Assembly (NCBI RefSeq): GCF_016432865.1
Contig: NC_067400.1
Span: forward strand, 612,994,001-613,058,000
Length of the DNA stretch: 64,000 nucleotides
Source: Antechinus flavipes
Taxonomy: Eukaryota
Direction: 5' to 3'
This document shows positions 57,501 to 64,000 of the stretch, piece after piece; the first letter of the stretch is position 1, and each line of letters begins with the position of its first letter. The notes beneath the pieces are model-generated. The model saw only the letters and a list, made by a program, of their open reading frames with translations, did no database searches and was not told the DNA's origin. Position numbers and translations under genes: made by a program.

Positions 57501-60500
57501 GCCCTTCCCTCACCAAGACTTAGCTGGCTTCTTGGTTGGAGAAGGCGGGGAGTGGCGCTGCCGCCCTCGGGCTTGTGTAGAGAGGAAGACCCCGGGGACT
57601 TCTCCCCTGACTCCTGCGGGGGGTGGAGGCTTGGGAAGTGGCAGGCTGGGGCAGGGCAAGGGGGGGGCTTCTCCTGGAGCACCCCCACCGCTCCTCATCG
57701 TGCTGGGCCGTCCTCGGTTCCTGAGGCCAGCCCCACATTGGTGACTCCCAGGGTGAGCAATGGCATTACATGAGTTGTAACAGAAACATGGAAAGCCCAG
57801 CTTTCTTCTCCAAGGTACATTAGTAGAACATGTGCAGAGCGGCAGGGGCAGGCCTCTGGTTTTGACGGCCCTTGCCTTTCCTGGCCCAAGGCTGGGGGAC
57901 AAAAGCAGGGCGGGGAGCCGCCCTGGCGCTCGGAGCGAGCAGGGGTTCGGCGGCCCCCCTGGGGACCGTTCCCTTGGCGGCTCTGCCTCTGTACATCGCT
58001 CACCAACACACAGGGTAGGACCCCCTAGCTCTTCTTGGAGAGAACACGCAGCCTCCTTCAGGTACCAGAAACAGCCGCAGATTTGAGCTCACTACATCAA
58101 GAACACCACACCGCGCTCCAAGGAACAGCTACAAGCACAGAGACAGAGAGAGACAGAGACAGAGAGACTCAACAGGGCGGCAGCCGCTGCTTTTTTTTAT
58201 TATGGTGGTTTTTCTTTTTTTTTTTTTAAATAAAGTCAAAACCAAACTTTGAACCCACGAATGTACACAGAAGTAGGAAACACAGAACAGAGGTTTTCTC
58301 CTAACCAGCCCAGCGGCGCTCTTTTCGGAGAACGTTTCATAAGCCGAAGTAGATTCCAGTGGCCCTCCAAGACTGTAGGATCCTCCTCTCCATTCCTCGC
58401 CATATTGGTTGTTAAGTTTTTTGGTTTGGGGAGGGCTTTTTTTCCTTTTTTCCGTTTTGGTTTTTCTCTGCAGTCATCGGCTGCCCACCTAATACGTACC
58501 AACTGGAGATCCAAACCCCAACCAACCCCAACAAGGGTCAAAACAGCTCAGAACACACAGCGATGTCCCGGCGCGTAGCTGGGGCGCGTCCCGAGGCACA
58601 AGGCGGGCATAGCGGGGCCATGGGCACACTCGCATAACAGAGTCGCCAGACACGCACACGGAGAGCCAGCTACACAGGCAGCAAGCCGCACCCCTCCACC
58701 GCACCCCACCGCAGCACACAAATGTTGAGGAGGCGCAAACACGGAGGAAGGAACACTTTCCACTTATACACCACTATTGGCCACTTTCTGATCTCTGCTG
58801 AGGACAGAACATCTGTGAGCCAGTTTTTGTTTAATCAGAAAAATGACTTGAAAAGAAAAATAAATTGAAAAAAAAATTGTAGCGGATTTNNNNNNNNNNN
58901 NNNNNNNNNNNNNNNNNNNNNNNNNNNNNNNNNNNNNNNNNNNNNNNNNNNNNNNNNNNNNNNNNNNNNNNNNNNNNNNNNNNNNNNNNNNNNNNNNNNN
59001 NNNNNNNNNNNNNNNNNNNNNNNNNNNNNNNNNNNNNNNNNNNNNNNNNNNNNNNNNNNNNNNNNNNNNCCTTTTCCATCTTTGTAATGACTGACTGTTG
59101 GAATAAACCCAGTATGAAATGCAGCTGGCGGGACGGCAACATTGTATGACTCCGGGAACGTTCACGCCTTGTCCATGATTGCTCATTTTAACGGATTCCT
59201 GCTTTTGTCAGCCTCCTCGGGGCTGGGGGGAGGGGGTGCCGGGACCTTGTGTTCTTAGCTTTTACTCCCTAGTGGCCACGTGAGGTGGATTCCAGGGACC
59301 GTGCCCCTGAGGACCCGAGAAACGCAGACAGATTTGAGTGGGGTCGGGGGAGGCGAGGTAGGCCTTCCAGGGCGCCTCTGCTTCCATGCAGTTTGGACGT
59401 GTACGTTTTCTCCCGCACCTCTCCTTCGGGCCCATGGTTTGTTAGGCGACTGGAGGTCCATTAACCGTTTGGGATGAAGGTCCCTTTTTGTACCATCCCT
59501 TAGCTTCCTGTAGTCTAGGATAGAGTTGGGGTTGGAGGTGTCTTGCAGAAGAAAGGGGGCAGAGACCCTCTCTTAAAATTGGGGTGTCTGGCCCTTTAGT
59601 AGGAAGAGGGACTGCATGACCCCCTCCCCTCCCTTCCCAAGGCTCCCCGAGCCTTTGGAAGAACCGAAGTTTGTCTCTTAACAGACACAGAGGCTTCAGG
59701 CTTCAGGCCTTTGCCCCTAGCCTCACGTGGCCTTAAGAGGAAGCTAGCTCCCAGCAGCCCCTGGGACAGCCGGCTCAGTATGGTTTGCCATACCTGGGGC
59801 TTGGAGAATTCTTACTACAGGTGCAGAGGCCCCTAGAGAGGGAAGGAAGTGCCCCCTTCCCCCGGGATGAGGCGCTGACATTTGTCTCTGTCCGCAGGTG
59901 ACCCCGGCAGCAATCCAAACAAGCGTCAGAGACAACCTCCTCTCCTGGGAGATCACCCCGCAGAATATGGTGAGGGCAGGGGGTTCCCCTCCGTGGACTC
60001 CCGTGGCTCATGCGACCCTGCCCGCCGNNNNNNNNNNNNNNNNNNNNNNNNNNNNNNNNNNNNNNNNNNNNNNNNNNNNNNNNNNNNNNNNNNNNNNNNN
60101 NNNNNNNNNNNNNNNNNNNNNNNNNNNNNNNNNNNNNNNNNNNNNNNNNNNNNNNNNNNNNNNNNNNNNNNNNNNGGGGGCCATCGTCGGGGCCCAAGCC
60201 GATATGGCCCTCAGTATGGCCACCCCCCGCCCCCTCCCCCACCGCCTGAGTATGGCCCCCACGCAGACAGCCCTGTGCTGATGGTATATGGCCTTGACCA
60301 GTCCAAGATGAACTGTGACCGGGTCTTCAATGTCTTCTGTCTCTACGGCAATGTGGAGAAGGTGAGCCGGCAGGCCAGAAAGAGCTCTGGGGTGCAAGGA
60401 AGCCCGGCCTCTGATCCTTGGCCTTTGGGCCGAGACCTCGGGCAGAATTGCAATTCCCTGAGGTTGTCGGGGAGACCGACTCCTCGTGAGCGAACGGGGG

Positions 60501-61865
60501 GTGAGGACGGCCCCGGCCCTTTGGGCGAAGCTTGCTGATGGCGGGGGCTCTGCCTTTCTCTCTCTGAAGGTAAAGTTCATGAAGAGCAAGCCAGGGGCGG
60601 CCATGGTGGAGATGGCGGACGGCTATGCAGTGGACAGAGCGATCACTCACCTGAACAACAACTTCATGTTTGGACAGAAGCTGAACGTGTGGTAAGTACC
60701 TCCTTCCCCGAGCTCTGGCTCCGTTCCTTGGGGCTGCCCTGGGAGGGGTCAGAGGGGAAGGGGCAGAAGGAAGCCTGAGTTGTCCTAACTTTGGGGGGGA
60801 TGAGACACAAAGGAAGTGGTCACCGGTCACCTCCCCGTGGCCTCGGCCTCCAAACAGCGTTTTAGGAGACCGGCTTTCTTACCGGGCATTTCACCAACAT
60901 GCCGGAGAGAGTGTGGGAGGGCCAGGATAGCCAGGAAGGGGGGGAAGGCTTGGCTCCCCAAGGCTGGAGGCTGGAACCCTGGGCGCCGAGTAATGGTGTT
61001 CTTTGGTCTTCCCTTTTGCACACAGCGTTTCCAAGCAGCAGGCCATCATGCCCGGCCAGTCCTACGGGCTGGAAGATGGCTCGTGCAGCTACAAAGACTT
61101 CAGTGGTTCACGCAACAACCGTTTCTCGACCCCGGAGCAGGCGGCCAAGAACAGGATCCAGCACCCCAGCAACGTGCTGCACTTCTTCAACGCGCCCTTG
61201 GAGGTGACCGAAGACAACTTCTTTGAGGTGAGTGAGGGGGCCTGCCCCCCCTCCCCCCCAGTCCCCTCGGCCCAGACCCCGTGCCACAGCTCTAAGCCTC
61301 GGTCTCCTTTCCCTGCTTTCCAGATCTGCGATGAGCTCGGAGTGAAGCGGCCCGCTTCGGTGAAGGTGTTTTCAGGGAAAAGTGAGTAAGGGCAGACTCT
61401 GGGGGGATGTTGGGGGGGCACAGCTTTTGCCTCTGGCCCTAGCTGTGGCCTGGCCCTTCTCGTGACCTCTGGGCACTTGGGTTGCAGGTGAAAGAAGCTC
61501 CTCTGGCCTGTTGGAGTGGGAGTCCAAGAGCGATGCCCTGGAGACCCTGGGCTTCCTGAACCATTACCAGATGAAGAATCCAAGTGAGTGGCCAGGGCCC
61601 AGACCCCAGGAGGTGGGGTGCTGCCAAGGGGTGGATGGGAGAGCCCCAAGCGGAGCCAGGGATGCCTGGGTTGGGTGGCAGTGGTCTCACAGTCTAGAGC
61701 AGAGGCTTAGGGGAACCCAGGCTTTCAGGTCTCAGAGCTGGGGGGCTGGGATCTGGAAAGCACGGAAGAGCTCCCCACCCTGACCCGCTGTGTCTTCTCT
61801 CTCCAGACGGTCCGTACCCCTACACCCTGAAGCTGTGTTTCTCCACCGCCCAACACGCTTCCTAA
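51506..61865 (+). CDS. HNRNPL: Heterogeneous nuclear ribonucleoprotein L (four RRMs), 13 exons, ~607 aa
   Basis: Exons 51506-51826, 53239-53357, 55413-55650, 55743-55828, 56411-56507, 56658-56730, 59898-59969, ~60081-60361 (5' part in an N-run), 60570-60691, 61026-61227, 61324-61381, 61488-61583, 61807-61865. MSRRLLPRAEKRRRR, ASPVVHIRGL, NSVLLFTILNP, SPVLMVYGL, PYTLKLCFSTAQHAS*. Confidence 0.97.
53540..54265 (-). mobile_element. Old marsupial L1 fragment in HNRNPL intron 2
   Basis: Reverse-strand L1 3' signature (TTGTTCTCCTG...CATAACTTGGTCAGCCATTCCCCA...GAAGGGCTGGACTA...TTCACCAACA...TTTGCCAATCTG). Confidence 0.6.
54272..54500 (+). mobile_element. Marsupial MAR1-type SINE (near full length)
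   Basis: GGGGCAACTGTG...GCCCTGGAGTCAGGAAGAC...CTGGGCAAATCATTTCACC...GGAGGAAATGACAAACCA...TCTTTGCCAAGAAAA...GACACGACTGAA. Confidence 0.75.
55829..56410 (+). other. U12-type (minor spliceosome) AT-AC intron of HNRNPL (intron 4, 582 nt)
   Basis: 5'ss |ATATCCTT at 55829, branch site TTCCTTAAC at 56392-56400, 3'ss TTCAC| at 56410. Splicing here restores the frame (VE|FDSVQ). Confidence 0.92.
56060..56196 (-). mobile_element. Marsupial CORE-SINE inside the U12 intron
   Basis: Reverse complement reads GGGCAGCAATGGCGCAGTGGGTAGAGCGCCGCCCTGGAGTGAGGAGAACCAGAGTTCAAAT...CTAGCTGTGTGACTAGGCAAGTCATTTAAGCC. Confidence 0.8.
58040..58770 (+). promoter_or_regulatory. Bipartite CA-rich cluster in HNRNPL intron 6 (hnRNP L autoregulatory binding region)
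   Basis: Dense ACAC/CACA motifs at ~58040-58290 and ~58500-58770, separated by a ~200-nt U-rich spacer. This matches the architecture known for the HNRNPL poison-exon (6A) autoregulation element. Confidence 0.7.
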
Positions 61866-62121
61866 TTGCACCGCCAGGTCAAGGCCAAGCAGGAAGCCCA
61901 CCCGCCTTTCCTTTCTGCCGTTTTTTGCAACAGTTCTTGTATTCCTTTTCTAATGCTAGTTTTAGTAGAGGCTTAACCATAATGGAAACCCTGCAAGTCT
62001 GGAGAAGGGGGCGTCTCCATCTCCAAGATTAACCTTCACTTTTTGAAATTATTGTACATGTGATTTTTTTTTTCCTGTTCATACATTTGTGCTGCCTGCC
62101 CCTGTGCTTCCAGCACATTTC

Positions 62122-62144
62122 AATAAAATTGTTTGGAAAATAAA
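62122..62144 (+). terminator. HNRNPL tandem polyA signals
   Basis: AATAAA at 62122-62127 and 62139-62144, followed by a GT-rich element. Confidence 0.8.
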
Positions 62145-62539
62145 TGTTGTGGTTATATGACCAGAGAGTGTTTCTTGGTCCTTCCATCTGCAATCTGTTC
62201 TCGACGCTGGGATACCTTGGCTCCCTAGTGCCCTACGGAAACATCTAGTAATTTGTATTTGGGTAAGGGCCCAAGCTGAGCAGACTGAGCTAAAGGGCAG
62301 TTCCCAACCCCAAGGAGCTCACTTGTTTAAAAAAAAAAAAAAGATAGCCCAACAAGCTAGTGGACACAGAGCACTGAGGGTTTTTATCGGGGCCTAAAGG
62401 AAGCCAAGAGGAGACGTTTTGTTTGTGGAACAGCCTGTGGCGGGACAGGAAGTGAGGGGTTAGGGGCTGGAAAAGGGGGACAGGCCAGTCAGAAAGGGTT
62501 TTGAAGGCCAAGCGCCATCTTGTATTCACTCTTGGGAGG

Positions 62540-63760
62540 TAGTGGTGGGAAGGGGGAGAGGCCCGACCAATCCTGTGCCTTAGGAAAAGCCTTGGGGGCT
62601 GAATGAGGATGGACTGGAATGGGGGAGAGGCCAGGCTGGACCCCCAGACCTCCAGCAGCTACTGCAGCGAGCCAGGGCAAAGTGAGCCCCGGGGAGGACA
62701 GAAGGAGGGTATTCAGGGACGATCCCTGAGGCCTCTGACAACAGCTTGGATACTGGGGTGAGGGTGAGGAGTCCAGAGTGACCCCGAGATTGGAGAAGCC
62801 CTGAGGGCCCGGGAGCAAAGGTGTTACTCTGGTCATACACAGGCAAGGGGGCAGCATTTGGGGGACTTGCTTTTTCTGAAGGGCAGTTGGGAGCTTGAAG
62901 CTCAGCAGGGACGTTGGGACAGGAAAGGAAGTTTGAAAGTCATCGGCATAGAGATGGTAAAGTCAGGGGAGCGTCATTTGCAGGGAGTGGAGAAGGTGGC
63001 ACAGGCCAGAGTGGGAGGGACTCATGGTCAGGTCAGCCAGGACACGGGAGGAGCCACGGGGTCAAAGGCTGCCCAGGAGGATGGGTGAGAAGGGGCCGTT
63101 GGATGTGGCCGCTGGTCACTGGAGAGAGCGGTAGGTGGAACGGCCGGGGCAGAAGCTGGACTTTAAGAGGCTTAAGAGAGGGGAGGCAGCCCTTGCAGAT
63201 GGCCTTTCACAGCAAAGATGCAAGGATCACGGAGAGAGCCGTTTGTGAGCCAGGGGAGGGGGGGGCTGAAAATAAATGAGGGGCAGAGAGGTGGCCCCGG
63301 CCCCCAAAGTCAAATGTGACCTCAGACGCTAGCTCTTTGGTCAAGTCACTTAACCCCCTCCCTCCCCCCAAGGAAAAATAGTGGGTGTGAGAACAGTCAC
63401 TGGGGTGTTTGAAGGAGAGAAAAGTTGTCTTAACGGACCGGAAGGTCGTGCTCTGGGGAGCCTCCAGACAACAGCTAGGAAGGCCACGGACCTCAAAGGA
63501 AGAGAAGGGGGAACCTGGAGGTGGCCAAGGAGGGATGAGGGAGCAGCTCGCACTGGAAGGGCTGAGACCCCCACACAGGGCAGAGGAACAGAGGATGAGG
63601 GGACAGGCGCTGCCCGGGGAACAGGCATTCCAGGCTTCACAGGAAGGGGGTGCATTAAGGGGATGAGAAATGGTGGAGATCACTGCAATATGGACAGAGT
63701 AGCCAGTGTCAATGACCATGACAAAGAAAACTGGACGTCAGACAGGACAGGAAGAGCCCT
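62540..63760 (-). mobile_element. L2 LINE fragment(s) with a nested SINE piece (~63290-63370)
   Basis: G-rich reverse-L2 signature (CTTAGGAAAAG...GAGGATGGACTGGAATGGGGGAGAG...CAGCTACTGCAG...CAACAGCTTGGATACTGGGGTGAG). SINE core GGTCAAGTCACTTAACCCC. Confidence 0.65.
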
Positions 63761-64000
63761 TCCTTTCCTTTTCTTCTTTTTCTTCCTCCCTTTCCCTGCC
63801 TTCTTTTTTCCTTCATTCCTCTCCTCCTTTTCTCTTCCTCTTCTTTTTACCTTCCTTCCATCCCTCCTTTTTTCCCCTCCCTTTCTTTCTCCCTCCTTTC
63901 CCCATGGATGCGGTCCCTTGGTGGTGGGGGTGGGGCTCCCTTCCCCAGGCCCCGCCCACTGGGTATAGTGGATCTCTTTCAGCCTCGCTACATAATTTTT

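Noticed and set aside
62200-64000. Start of the next syntenic gene (ECH1 in human)
   Set aside because: No recognisable coding exon. The region is L2/SINE and low-complexity sequence.

Overview
Vertebrate, almost certainly marsupial, genomic DNA. CORE-SINEs are of the MAR1/WSINE type, and the L1 3' end and solo LTR look dasyurid from memory, not from a database search. The window is very GC-rich and is syntenic, in reverse orientation, with the human 19q13.2 block. I reconstructed nine spliced genes by hand from splice sites and reading frame: ACP7(-), one FBXO27/FBXO17-type F-box gene(+), MRPS12(-), SARS2(+), CCER2(+), NFKBIB(-), SIRT2(+), RINL(+) and HNRNPL(+). MRPS12/SARS2 and NFKBIB/SIRT2 are head-to-head pairs with bidirectional promoters. 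The rest is L1, L2, CR1 and RTE fragments, SINEs, a solo LTR with an intact TSD, hAT MITEs, VNTRs, simple repeats and eight N-runs. There are no rRNA or tRNA genes, CRISPR arrays or prokaryotic features. Top leads: (1) this CCER2 looks like a third chromogranin (disulfide loop, CHGA-like DER..LRHQ exon, CHGB-like last exon, matching intron phases, dibasic sites); (2) a 14-bp perfect long-range RNA duplex in HNRNPL intron 6, upstream of the autoregulatory CA cluster; (3) a 1-nt deletion in the ACP7 catalytic GNHE motif (gene loss or assembly error); (4) a single FBXO17/27 gene with a CUG where the Met-Gly start is expected; (5) an in-frame 111-nt HNRNPL intron 7. All comparisons with human or mouse sequences are from memory and need alignment to confirm.
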